Assembly (NCBI GenBank): GCA_905236005.1
Contig: CAJONJ010000039.1
Location: 2,612-66,611 of the forward strand
Source: an uncultured Alphaproteobacteria bacterium
Lineage (GTDB): Bacteria > Pseudomonadota > Alphaproteobacteria > Rs-D84
DNA: 64,000 bases
Direction of reading: 5' to 3'
Below the pieces are notes generated by a model that did no database searches, had not been told where the DNA came from, and was given only the letters and a program-made list of their open reading frames with translations. The translations under genes and the position numbers were made by a program. Shown piece after piece: positions 11,904-21,855 of the stretch (positions are counted from its first letter, which is position 1; each line of letters opens with the position of its first letter).

Positions 11904-12845
11904 TTTTTTGCAATTTGTTTCCTTTTATGCTACAATTCCTATGCTATGAATTTACTAGGTGTCTTGGTTTCTTTTATCAGTCCGATGGCATATGCAGTAT
12001 CAAATATCTTTGATGCGTATGTGTCTGGCAGTGTTTTCAAGCGTATTCCAACAACGATATTTTATGTAAACCTGACCAACATTCTGGGGATTCTATGTTT
12101 GCCACTGTTCGGGTCAATTCATTCTTTGTCGCCAGCTGCGTGGTTGTTTGTGTTGTTATCGTCCATCATAAATGTTGGGTACCAGTTTCCGTATTTTGCC
12201 GCATTAAATAAAACAGACACATCGGTGGTGGTGGCTCTGTTTCAATTGAAAAAGGTCTTTATACCATTGTGGGCTTTTTTGATTGTTGGCGAAGTTTTAC
12301 ATCCGGTTCAATATGCCGGGTTTGGTATCATAATCTTGTTTTCATTGCTGCTGAATATAAATCCAAAGGCAAATATAAAAATCAATGCTGGGTTTTGGTT
12401 GATGTGTCTGACGGCTATAATACTGTCGTTTGAGGGTGCTTTCTACAAGGCATTACTGGAACATACAGATTGGGTGTCGGCGGCATTCTGGGTGTCGGTT
12501 ATATCTTTTGTTGTCCAATTCATGATGATATTCTGTCGTCCAGTACGCAAAGATATTGTTAAAAACTTTGGCAAATATCGCAAAAAGTTCGGTATGTTTT
12601 TGTTTGTGGAATTCTTTGATCAATTGGGATCATTCAGTCCTATATTCGCACTGTCGTTGATTCCGGTTCTGGTTGATTCTGGGATTCAATCGGTTCAGCC
12701 GATTTTTGTTGTGCTTTATGGTGTAATCTTGGCACGATTTTTCGGCAAGCGATTCCACGAAGACATTTCTAGCGGCACGATGATTAAAAAGATAGTTTGT
12801 TTCGTTATGATTGGTGCCGGTGTAATGATGACATTGATATCATAA
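11877..12845 (+). CDS. DMT-superfamily (EamA-like) membrane transporter, about 10 TM
   Basis: 322 aa, polytopic, two-repeat hydrophobic architecture. The true start is possibly the downstream Met (MNLLGVL). Confidence 0.5.
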   Translation: MHVFVQLLNFFAICFLLCYNSYAMNLLGVLVSFISPMAYAVSNIFDAYVSGSVFKRIPTTIFYVNLTNILGILCLPLFGSIHSLSPAAWLFVLLSSIINVGYQFPYFAALNKTDTSVVVALFQLKKVFIPLWAFLIVGEVLHPVQYAGFGIIILFSLLLNINPKANIKINAGFWLMCLTAIILSFEGAFYKALLEHTDWVSAAFWVSVISFVVQFMMIFCRPVRKDIVKNFGKYRKKFGMFLFVEFFDQLGSFSPIFALSLIPVLVDSGIQSVQPIFVVLYGVILARFFGKRFHEDISSGTMIKKIVCFVMIGAGVMMTLIS

Positions 12846-13003
12846 ATTTAAACACAACATAAGTATTTTCTTCATATTTTAACCTTTGTTTTACAAGCAT
12901 GATAATACAACAAATCCTACCCTTTTTTCAAACCTATTATTTCAAATCTGCTAACCCTAATTTCTCTTTCAACGCATCAATCTCTTGACCTATTTCTAAT
13001 AAT

Positions 13004-13072
13004 TCGGCTCGAGAACTGCACACCGAGCACAACCAAGATTTAACAAAAAGCATCCATTGTGGATGTTTTTTT
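13004..13072 (+). ncRNA. candidate small RNA or repeat unit, copy B, with terminator CATCCATTGTGGATG plus T7
   Basis: See copy A. Lies downstream of the transporter gene. Confidence 0.25.
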
Positions 13073-13203
13073 GTTAAATATGTGTGTTGTGTTGGGTTTG
13101 AGCCACCAAAAAAGGTGGTTCACTACAAGCGAGAGCCAGACGGAAGTATGGCGGTCAACCTACAAGGTTGACGAGTGCAGTGAGGCAAAAATTTCATTTT
13201 TAC

Positions 13204-13218
13204 CAAATCCATCTCCCG
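13204..13218 (+). repeat. 15-nt direct repeat of the tRNA-fMet 3' end (CAAATCCATCTCCCG); putative distal att site
   Basis: Exact 15-mer match to tRNA positions 10840-10854, 2.36 kb downstream in the same orientation. Confidence 0.4.
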
Positions 13219-13221
13219 TAA

Positions 13222-13270
13222 AGTTGAAAGTTTGATTTTAAAAAATACGATTTTTATAGTGCTTTTGAAC
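13222..13270. repeat. GTTCGAAAGT...CTTTTGAAC repeat, copy 3 (AGTTGAAAGT variant)
   Basis: See copy 1. Immediately follows the att-like repeat and overlaps the 3' end of the 13254 gene. Confidence 0.45.
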
Positions 13271-13847
13271 CGTCTTTTAATATTTTCCCTAAAATAGCCA
13301 TATCTAATTTTTCAAAATCTGGTTTATATAATTCAAATTTATCTTGCTGTTGAATCAATTTATCCCATAAAATATCAGATTGTTTTCTGGACATATTTGC
13401 AAAAACAGTTTTATCTTTTAAAACATATATTTTTATGTTTTTGTCTTTAATTTCCTGCATAATATCAATTGTAATAACATTTTTTATTTTCACATCTGTC
13501 AAAGAATAATATTCATCTTCTATATCATGTTTAAAACCAACAGAATCTAATTCATAAACATATGCTTTTTCTGGAACATTTTGCTTTAAACATTCAACAT
13601 ATAATTCATTATTTTTTACTGGGCTTTTATAACCGGTAGCAACTAATCGCATAATTGCATAAAGACGTGCACGTACAAAATCAGATGTTGCAAAAGCAGC
13701 AATTATTGGTGTTTTCATATTATTGATGTAACCTGGTTTCATACGAATAAAACCATCTGTTATTTTTATTTCAGACCCATGATAAAGAATTTTTGGTAAA
13801 CTGTTATTCATAACGGATATTATATCACAAACCATAAAATAATTCAA
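13254..13847 (-). CDS. hypothetical protein, 197 aa, translationally coupled to the upstream surface-protein gene (ATGA overlap)
   Basis: Intact ORF with no recognisable motifs. Confidence 0.4.
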   Translation of the reverse strand: MNYFMVCDIISVMNNSLPKILYHGSEIKITDGFIRMKPGYINNMKTPIIAAFATSDFVRARLYAIMRLVATGYKSPVKNNELYVECLKQNVPEKAYVYELDSVGFKHDIEDEYYSLTDVKIKNVITIDIMQEIKDKNIKIYVLKDKTVFANMSRKQSDILWDKLIQQQDKFELYKPDFEKLDMAILGKILKDGSKAL

Positions 13848-16833
13848 TTTACACTGACAGTATCGTCATAAATATAATAAACACCACTCGAAACACTTGT
13901 CCCAACTGGAATATTTACTTTCAAACTATTACCGCTTTGTAAATTACTGAAATCTGCATTCATTGGCACAAGTGTTGTTCCCATATTAGCATAAAAATCA
14001 GGAATGCCGTCATTATCAATATCAACATTTAATGACGGTGTCATTTGTTTTGTTCTGCGTAAATACACATATTTATCTCCAATATGTAATATATGACCAC
14101 ATTGTGCAGATTCCCACATACCAGCGGGTGCAAACAAACCACTTTGACAAGGTATTATTCCCTGATTGTTTATTTCATCAAAACTGTAAGTACCACCAGG
14201 ACAATAATTATTTACTGGACATTTCGAGCACACATTGCTGTTAGCTGGCAAATAATATCCATTATTACAAGACAAACTGCTTGCCACAACTTCTAAGCAA
14301 CCATTAACACTTGTGGTCGCACCATTTGCTGTACCGTCTGCTGTATATCCAGAATCGCATGTACATGTACTACGTGTATTCTTAGCTGGTGTGGAGCTGT
14401 TTGCGCCACATGCATAGCAAGATGTACTATCATATTTATAATAATTTGTCGCACACGTTTTACGTGCATAATATGTTGTTATAGCAGGGACTGCTGATGT
14501 AACTGGTGCAATTGTTGTAACGGTATTATCAGTAATATCCTGAGTTATTGCCCAACTTGTTGAAATATCATAATGTCCGTTACCACCTGGTGCAGGCAAA
14601 CTAATCGCTGGTAATGTGCACGCTGTATTGTAGAACAATTTTAATTGTGCATTAGTTGTACCTTCTGCCACACTAGCAACATAACATCCAATTCCAGACA
14701 ACCCCTCTATTACACCAGAATAACCGTTTTTATGTAATGTAATCATATAATAACAATCTGTCTGAACAGTAGAACCCACATCACTAGACCAACCCACACC
14801 TATCTCTGTCGCACAACTATTTATACCTTGATCAGTAGTATCAAAATACAATTGCCCCCCAGGGCACCAATTGCCAGCAGTGCAAGTTGTGCAAGTTTGC
14901 GAGTTTGCAGGTATATATTTACCTGCAGAACAAACTGTAAAACCATCCGCCAAGACGCAATCAGCAGAACTGGTCGATGTTTCTGTCAGTGTGATATCCC
15001 CAGGGGCACATTGGGTTCTTTGGCTGACTGAACCATAAGATGTCATACTAGCAGAAGAATAATAACCTATTCCAACATTTTCACAAGAGGACCCACCAAA
15101 TGTCCCCAAAACACCCCCAGCAACAAAATCGCCAGTTCCACTGTTACCAAAGAATCTACCACTAACCAGATCATACATACCAATTGCGTTATCAGACACA
15201 CGCCTAGCAGGTATAAAATCAAAAATTAACGTACTGTTTTCATACATTTTAAACCAATGTATGCGACCAGTTAACAGCGTGTCGTTACACCCACCAACAC
15301 AACCATTAGAAAACAATCTATATTTGTTATTTGAAATAATTGACCCACTAAAAGTACCAGATGTAGATGCGTTATCCACAGATAAAGATCTATTGTTACC
15401 TGTAAATTCGTATGTAATATGTTTTATCTCCCCAGCATTAAAAATTCCACCGACTGTTATTTTTGAACCTGTGCTCGAACCTTGAGCATTAGCAAATGCA
15501 ACCCATACACCAAATTTGTTTTCCTTAAAATTAGCCGCATGACCATTCAACGCGTCCTGATTTCCACCAAAATGCCCAAGAGTTCCAGAACCTTCTACCG
15601 AAGAACTATATTCAAGTTCCGCTTTAAAAGACGTTGAAGAAATCACATGGCCCGTATCAATATACTGTTTTCCATTTGCTTCTATATACGACAACCTTTC
15701 GTATTCACCTGTCCATTTTCCAGCAGGGCAACTGATTTTACAATCAGAAATAGACGTTTTTCCATCTTGTACATCACCATCATAACCCGATGGACACGGC
15801 AAACAGACACTTCCACTAAGATATTCCGCACCTGTACACGAGGTATGCTGAATTATCGCACAGGCTTTTTTGCTGTCCCAACTGTTTTTATACGCACTAT
15901 AATAAGTATCGGTAACATCATCTGTTCCATTTGGACAGCTTGTTACCATGTTGGATTTTTTAAATGCAGAATTAAATAAATTAGTAGCAGTTTGTCCATG
16001 TAACCCCAGGAAAGTATTACCAGGAATATATTGATTAGTCGTCGTAAAATTAACCTCAAAAAAAACGTATACATAAACATGTTGGCCGCAGCACCATCTA
16101 TATTTGGGAATAAATTATCTGGAAACACAGACAGCTTCTTGCATTGATAGAAAGCACTACGAAACATACTTTCTGCAGACCCATATGCATAACTAAACAA
16201 ACCATCAGGAATACCTGTCAAATTTGTACATTTATCAAAAACGGAACGAAACAAATTTTTCTTCGCGGTTGTTACACCAGAAAATAAATTCCCAGAAATT
16301 GTTTGCAACTCTGTACACCCGTTGCATAAATCAAAAAACGTTGGTTTGTCACTGTCATTAGTACCACCATTCAGCGTCGGAAAAGCCGAACCAATACTGC
16401 CATCTAAAGAAGCAATAAGAGTTGGTGTTCCACCGGTGCGTGTTGATATATTGTTGTTTGAAGCACCAAATCTGATTGCGGCACCAGATGAATCTTTATC
16501 ATTATTATAACTTGTTGTATTATATCCTGTTGCAAGTCCTGCAAATTTTATTATTCTTTGACCAGCCGTCGCATAAGTATGAGAGTATTCTGTCGGGGTA
16601 GTATTGTTATTTCGTGTAATGATTTCCACAGAGCTTCCATCATTCCAATCAACATAGAATATTCCTGATGCCGATAAAACAAATTTAAATACCGCATTTG
16701 CATTCAGGTTTGTCGTAGTTATTGTAAATTTTGTATCAACACAACCGTTTCCTGTATCTATTTCAGATGCCGTACACGCAACAGCCACTGTAATATTCAT
16801 CACGAATATACAAAGTGCACATATAAAACACAA
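13844..16833 (-). pseudogene. frameshifted or phase-variable large secreted surface protein (BspA-like LRR N-region plus Cys-rich CPxG repeat region), about 1000 aa if restored
   Basis: The track gives two ORFs (15943..16833 and 13844..15949) overlapping by 7 nt. The 3' 45 codons of the upstream ORF are low-complexity junk that begins exactly at the A8 tract at 16058-16065. Adding one A fuses the frames in phase (...NMFMYTFFFEVNFTTTNQYIPGNTFLGLHGQTATNLFNSAFKKSNMVTSCPNG...). The protein has an N-terminal signal peptide, LRR-like FxxCxxLTxIPDxLF repeats and many CxxCPxG motifs. Confidence 0.55.
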
Positions 16834-17002
16834 AAAAATATTTTTTAATTTCTTTTCCTTTTTTTTAGTTTTTTTGTGTCATAGCAAAAAAAACATTCCC
16901 TCCATATTAGGAATAATACTAACAAAATTGGATAATTTTATACAAGCATATTTTTGTTAAAAATTGCAGCTGATAACAATAAATAGAAACCATATTTTAT
17001 GG

Positions 17003-20000
17003 TTATATATTTTCATAAACACCGTATAAATCAGGACTTGGTTGTACAGTTTGTCCATCTGTAATTTTTTCTCGCAATCTTTTATTTGCTAATTTTAACG
17101 CATTAACAATACTTAATTTTCCAGGAACCATACTATTTGATTGTTCTAAATTTTTAATTCTGTCTGTTGGAACCAATGTTGGTTTATAATCTTTAACATC
17201 TTCTATGTTTATAATTTTATCTAATATTTTAATTTTTTTATGGTTATGATTGTATTTAACAGACATATTTTTATTTAAAATTTTAGATATCATTTTATAA
17301 AACAAATCATTTTTAATACCCATATCGTCTGTAAAGGTATCATTAACATTTTTATCAATAACACCTGATGTTTTAAGTGCAACAATAATATCAAAAAAAT
17401 CTTTATCGGTTAAACTTTTACCAGGATGGTGTTTACCATCTTCATCTATAAATGGCTTTTTATATTCAATTATATCAGACAAAGCCAACAAGCCACGTCT
17501 GACACATTCAAGATATTCAGAATGTTTTTGTTTTATCAATTCTTTTTCTATGACACTAGTATCTGGCACTTGTATATTTGGCATATTCAGCATCGGTTCA
17601 TATTTGTTTTCGGCAAAAAACATATTACGTAAATCAGATTGATAATATTTATACATAATCTTGGTTATGTATTTTTTTATTGTTTCATCATTATTTTGAA
17701 TATCGTTTATTGCTTTATTTAAAACATCTGATATTGATTTATCTTTTCTAGAATTCTGTATAATTTTATAAATTAACAACCCCAATAATCTTCTATCTAT
17801 ATCACTTGGTAAATTATCTATTTGTGCACCAGTATCAAAAATACCTATATGAACAACACCTTCTTGATCTGTATAAAAATTTTGCTGTCCAGCATGCCTA
17901 TCTGTATCCCATTTTTTACCAGATAACAATATTGCTAGTTCCAAAGCAACATATGCTTTTGCGTTATCATGTTGTTGTTTATCTGTATGTTTTGCACTGG
18001 TCAAAGAATCACCTTTGGCTAATTTCATAATTTTAAAAGCATTTTTATTATTTGGCATTGCACCAAACGCAACCCATTCAGCCACATCCACTTTATATTT
18101 TTGATTATTTAAACTGATTTCAAAAGGCGAATAATTATCAACAGCTTGTTTATATTTTTCATAATCTTTGTCGATATCTATTTCGTTATGACAAGATTTT
18201 TCTGCTTGTTCAAAAATATTTTTTAAAACACCAAATTTCTTTTCATCTCGCCACACCATAGATTTAATAGTTCCAGAAATAAAATCCAAATTTGTCATCA
18301 TTTTGTTTTGAATATTTTCACGCATTAACGCAACAACACAATCTTGGTTATCATATTTTACCTGAACTGTAACATAAATAGAACCAGCACCTAAAACATC
18401 ACCAACATAAGATATTTTACTATATTCTTCTGACGGCAAAGATTGTTTCAACATATCAAAAATTTCTTTACGATCTGGAACACTTGCTTTATCACGCAAA
18501 GTTGCTAGTTCTGTTCGTATTTCTGCTGGCAAAGATGGTAAATACGATAACATTTGTCCAAATTTTATAAATGCATCACCTTTGTATTGGAAAAAACCTT
18601 TTAATCCACGACCAATTTGTTGATTAGAATCTGTATTTTTTACAACATTGTTTGTTTTCACCATTGTTAATAATGTGCACAAATCAAAATTACGTTCCGC
18701 CATGGTTTCATTATTATATACAGATTCGATAACTACACCTATGGCGTTTTTTGTTTCTTCATCTGTTTTCATACTTTTAAATATTCTATTTAAAACAAAT
18801 TGTATTTTTTCGTCTGGATTTTTGCTGTAACCATCTAATAATGGATTCAAAAAATATGCCTGAACCGGTAATGGCGAATGTGAAAAATTATCATGAATTT
18901 GTTCTAAAACTTGTTTATTTCCCCACTCTTCTTTTCCAAAAAAAGGCTTATTTTGAATTGCTGATAAAAATTTATTGCAAGATTCATCTGTAAAATTATT
19001 TGTTAAAAATTCTATACCTTCTTCTGCTAAATTGCTGACACATAAAAAATCCACAACATTTTGTGCAATACGTACAGGCCAATCATATTTCACAGCATCT
19101 TCATTACCTGCTTTGCTTTTATATTTAGCATCAAATAAATTTGCAATTTCAAATTGTGCAGTAATTTTATCTGCTATTTTTTTACTTAAATTTTCAATAC
19201 ATATATTTATACCTTCTTTGTTTATTGTTTTTAAATTATCCAACCATTTTACACAAGAATCCACTTTGTTTAAATAATCCATTTGTCTGGTATCTTTACC
19301 CAAACGCACAGCCCAATAATTTGCGATATAATCTAATAATTTTTCCCTTTCGGTCATTACACCCAAACATCTTTTTTCTTTATATTCACCATATTCTTGC
19401 AATAAAATATTCACAGCTAATCTTAAACGATTGTTTGTTTCCTGTGTATTAAAATTCGTTTCGTTAATTTTATACTTGGTTATATCATTAACCAATATTT
19501 TTAACATATCGTTTTTATGTGTAAAATATGTAGAGAAAAATTTATATTTTAACATATAATCATATATATCAATTTTATCTTGAACTGAATATTTTTTATA
19601 TGATTCTACATTAATACGCTTATCAATAAAATTCTGTTGAGGCAGTTTCAGTCCTATAATAAAATGGTCAAATAATTTATTATCTTTTGAAAATTTTACA
19701 AAATCTATTACATCTAATTCATATTTAGCCATATAATTAAATAATACTAAATTAAAAATAAATTCATCACTATCTTTTAACGTATAACAAATATTATATA
19801 ATTCATCTTTATTTTTTGGTGGTGTTATACCCAGAAAATCTAATATTTTTTGTGTTTTGTTTGCATCATCTATATTAGAACCATTTGCTAATATATGATA
19901 AGCTAATGATATAAATTGTGAATATTTTAATACACCAGAATATTTTTCAATAACATATTTATTATTAATCGCATGTTCCAGAATTATTTCTGAATCTTTT

Positions 20001-21745
20001 ATAAAAAACAATCTGTCATATACTTGTAAAACTTTATCTTTGTTTAATGATTTTTGTGTAGCGAAATCAATAACATTTAATATAACAGGACGTAGTTTTT
20101 CTTGTTTTAAATCTAAATGATGATCTACTGTGCTTTTGTTACCAGAATCATAAATATTACTTTGACAACCAAAATAATTATAAAAATATTCGTTCTGTAT
20201 TCTGTTATATATTTTTTGGTACAATACATCAAATTCGTTTGGTAACATACTATGATTTCCAAATAATTCATCAACATCATGTTTATCTATAAAATCCCAA
20301 CAATCTAAACAAGATTGAACGCTTTTTTCTTTATCATATTTTGCTAATAAATTTAACAATTTGATTTTATTATCATAAAAATCTTCAAACAAATATTCTT
20401 GAACAATACCGTTTTTATTTACAGAATATATTTCTGTTTTAACGGTGTCTTTATAACCATAAGAAATATTATTATAATACAATCGTATTACATCATTAAC
20501 AGATTGATTATCATAAGATTTTAATTGTTCAAATGGTAATAATTTACCAATATTATCTTTGCCAAAACCTGTAAAAATTGAAACATCTTTTTTATCTTTA
20601 TAATCAGCAAAAAAATCTAAATATTTATAAATATTTTTGTCATATTTTAATATTTTTTCTGCATATTTTACAGCATTGTCTTTGTTATACACGTTTTTAC
20701 TGAAATCTGTTAAACAATCATTAAATTCTTTAAAAATACCAAACAATTGTAATTGTAAATCTTTTAAATATATATCAGCATAATCCCATTGATATGTGTT
20801 CATAAATATATCTTGTAAAAATTTTTCTTCTTGTTTTGTCCCTGTTTTTTTAAGCATCTCAATATATAAAACAAGTTTTTTAAAAAAATCATCCTGTCTT
20901 TTTTTATTATTTTTAATTTCTTCCATACCACTCAGTTGTACCAAAAATTGCAAAAGAACCATCTGTCCAAATTTATCACGTATATCATAAAAACTAGTTG
21001 TTCCAAAATTATATTCTAATAATGTATCAATATACGATTCTTGATCTTCTTTTGGTAATAATTGTACTGTTTTTATTTTGAAAAAATTCCAATCAATATC
21101 AGTTTTATCTTTATCAATATCTGTAAAATGTTTACCACGTTGTCTTTCTAAAACAGCAATTGCAGCCATAACATTATTTAATCTAAAAGAATCACTGCCA
21201 TGAACATCAGCTATTCTAGCAATTACATCTGAAAAATTTTTATTTCCATTGATACCTATTTTTTCCCATGCAGACATTGCATAATTTGGATTATAACCAG
21301 CATTCATCATAAATTCAACCGCCAAAGTATCACAAGATTGTTCCTGAAAAATAGTATTTTTATTATTTGGAAATTTTAATTGCCAATAATAATGTCCCAA
21401 CTCATGTGCTAAAACAGCAGCAAATTCATCTTCGTTATCCAGTTGTTTTATCAACCCACCAGAAACAGCTAAAACAGCTTTATATTTTGGATCTTTTATA
21501 TATTGTGAATCAGTAACAGTAAAAGCACCTACTTCATCTGAATTATACCCTGAACAATAAACTTCTTCTGGTTTAAGATTTAATTTATCATTATTTGCAT
21601 TTAAAAGCTTAGTTAAAACATTTTTGATTTTTTCAGATATTAATTTATTTACTTTATCATCAGGATTATACAAACGCAGTTTTTCAAAAATATCTTTGTC
21701 TAATATTTCTTGATTTTCTACTTTTTTTTCTTCTGTATCAGCCAT
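17003..21745 (-). CDS. giant 1580-aa multidomain protein: N-terminal M48-like zinc metallopeptidase domain, long helical middle, C-terminal UbiB/ABC1-like atypical kinase domain
   Basis: The N-terminal region has AVLAHELGHYYW followed by EQSCDTLAVEFMMNAGYNP...EKI, matching the HEXXH...E..AD pattern of M48/HtpX peptidases. The C-terminal region has IKFGQMLSYLPSLPAEIRTELATLRDKASVP, ...GAGSIYVTVQV, ...TDRHAGQQNF and ...IGIFDTGAQ. These align with the UbiB/ADCK signature KFGQxLSxRxDxxP...LxxLQDxVxP, the ASIAQVH loop, HADxHPGN and IDxG. No TM segments. Confidence 0.6.
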   Translation of the reverse strand: MADTEEKKVENQEILDKDIFEKLRLYNPDDKVNKLISEKIKNVLTKLLNANNDKLNLKPEEVYCSGYNSDEVGAFTVTDSQYIKDPKYKAVLAVSGGLIKQLDNEDEFAAVLAHELGHYYWQLKFPNNKNTIFQEQSCDTLAVEFMMNAGYNPNYAMSAWEKIGINGNKNFSDVIARIADVHGSDSFRLNNVMAAIAVLERQRGKHFTDIDKDKTDIDWNFFKIKTVQLLPKEDQESYIDTLLEYNFGTTSFYDIRDKFGQMVLLQFLVQLSGMEEIKNNKKRQDDFFKKLVLYIEMLKKTGTKQEEKFLQDIFMNTYQWDYADIYLKDLQLQLFGIFKEFNDCLTDFSKNVYNKDNAVKYAEKILKYDKNIYKYLDFFADYKDKKDVSIFTGFGKDNIGKLLPFEQLKSYDNQSVNDVIRLYYNNISYGYKDTVKTEIYSVNKNGIVQEYLFEDFYDNKIKLLNLLAKYDKEKSVQSCLDCWDFIDKHDVDELFGNHSMLPNEFDVLYQKIYNRIQNEYFYNYFGCQSNIYDSGNKSTVDHHLDLKQEKLRPVILNVIDFATQKSLNKDKVLQVYDRLFFIKDSEIILEHAINNKYVIEKYSGVLKYSQFISLAYHILANGSNIDDANKTQKILDFLGITPPKNKDELYNICYTLKDSDEFIFNLVLFNYMAKYELDVIDFVKFSKDNKLFDHFIIGLKLPQQNFIDKRINVESYKKYSVQDKIDIYDYMLKYKFFSTYFTHKNDMLKILVNDITKYKINETNFNTQETNNRLRLAVNILLQEYGEYKEKRCLGVMTEREKLLDYIANYWAVRLGKDTRQMDYLNKVDSCVKWLDNLKTINKEGINICIENLSKKIADKITAQFEIANLFDAKYKSKAGNEDAVKYDWPVRIAQNVVDFLCVSNLAEEGIEFLTNNFTDESCNKFLSAIQNKPFFGKEEWGNKQVLEQIHDNFSHSPLPVQAYFLNPLLDGYSKNPDEKIQFVLNRIFKSMKTDEETKNAIGVVIESVYNNETMAERNFDLCTLLTMVKTNNVVKNTDSNQQIGRGLKGFFQYKGDAFIKFGQMLSYLPSLPAEIRTELATLRDKASVPDRKEIFDMLKQSLPSEEYSKISYVGDVLGAGSIYVTVQVKYDNQDCVVALMRENIQNKMMTNLDFISGTIKSMVWRDEKKFGVLKNIFEQAEKSCHNEIDIDKDYEKYKQAVDNYSPFEISLNNQKYKVDVAEWVAFGAMPNNKNAFKIMKLAKGDSLTSAKHTDKQQHDNAKAYVALELAILLSGKKWDTDRHAGQQNFYTDQEGVVHIGIFDTGAQIDNLPSDIDRRLLGLLIYKIIQNSRKDKSISDVLNKAINDIQNNDETIKKYITKIMYKYYQSDLRNMFFAENKYEPMLNMPNIQVPDTSVIEKELIKQKHSEYLECVRRGLLALSDIIEYKKPFIDEDGKHHPGKSLTDKDFFDIIVALKTSGVIDKNVNDTFTDDMGIKNDLFYKMISKILNKNMSVKYNHNHKKIKILDKIINIEDVKDYKPTLVPTDRIKNLEQSNSMVPGKLSIVNALKLANKRLREKITDGQTVQPSPDLYGVYENI

Positions 21746-21855
21746 AATTTTACCTTTATTTTTTTATTTTTCAGCAATAATTATAACAAATTTTACAGTT
21801 AAAAAAAACAGTTTTATGATATCTAGGACAATCTATTAAATTAAATATATTGATG

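Noticed and set aside
13083-13203. The hairpin-rich stretch CCACCAAAAAAGGTGG...GGTCAACCTACAAGGTTGAC preceding the tRNA-fMet 3' fragment was considered as a tmRNA (ssrA) or a tRNA pseudogene.
   Set aside because: No tag-peptide reading frame, no tRNA-like acceptor/T-arm pairing and no CCA end are present. Only the 15-mer at 13204-13218 matches the tRNA. It is better explained as att-site-proximal remnant sequence.
17426-20990. Numerous 60-100 aa plus-strand ORFs from the six-frame track lie inside large minus-strand genes. Examples are 17426..17632, 18975..19277 and 20796..20990. Similar nested ORFs occur in gyrB, the GspE gene, virB4, topA, ileS and metG.
   Set aside because: They sit antisense within strongly supported long CDSs and have low-complexity, AT-codon-biased translations. 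They are typical spurious ORFs of an AT-rich genome.
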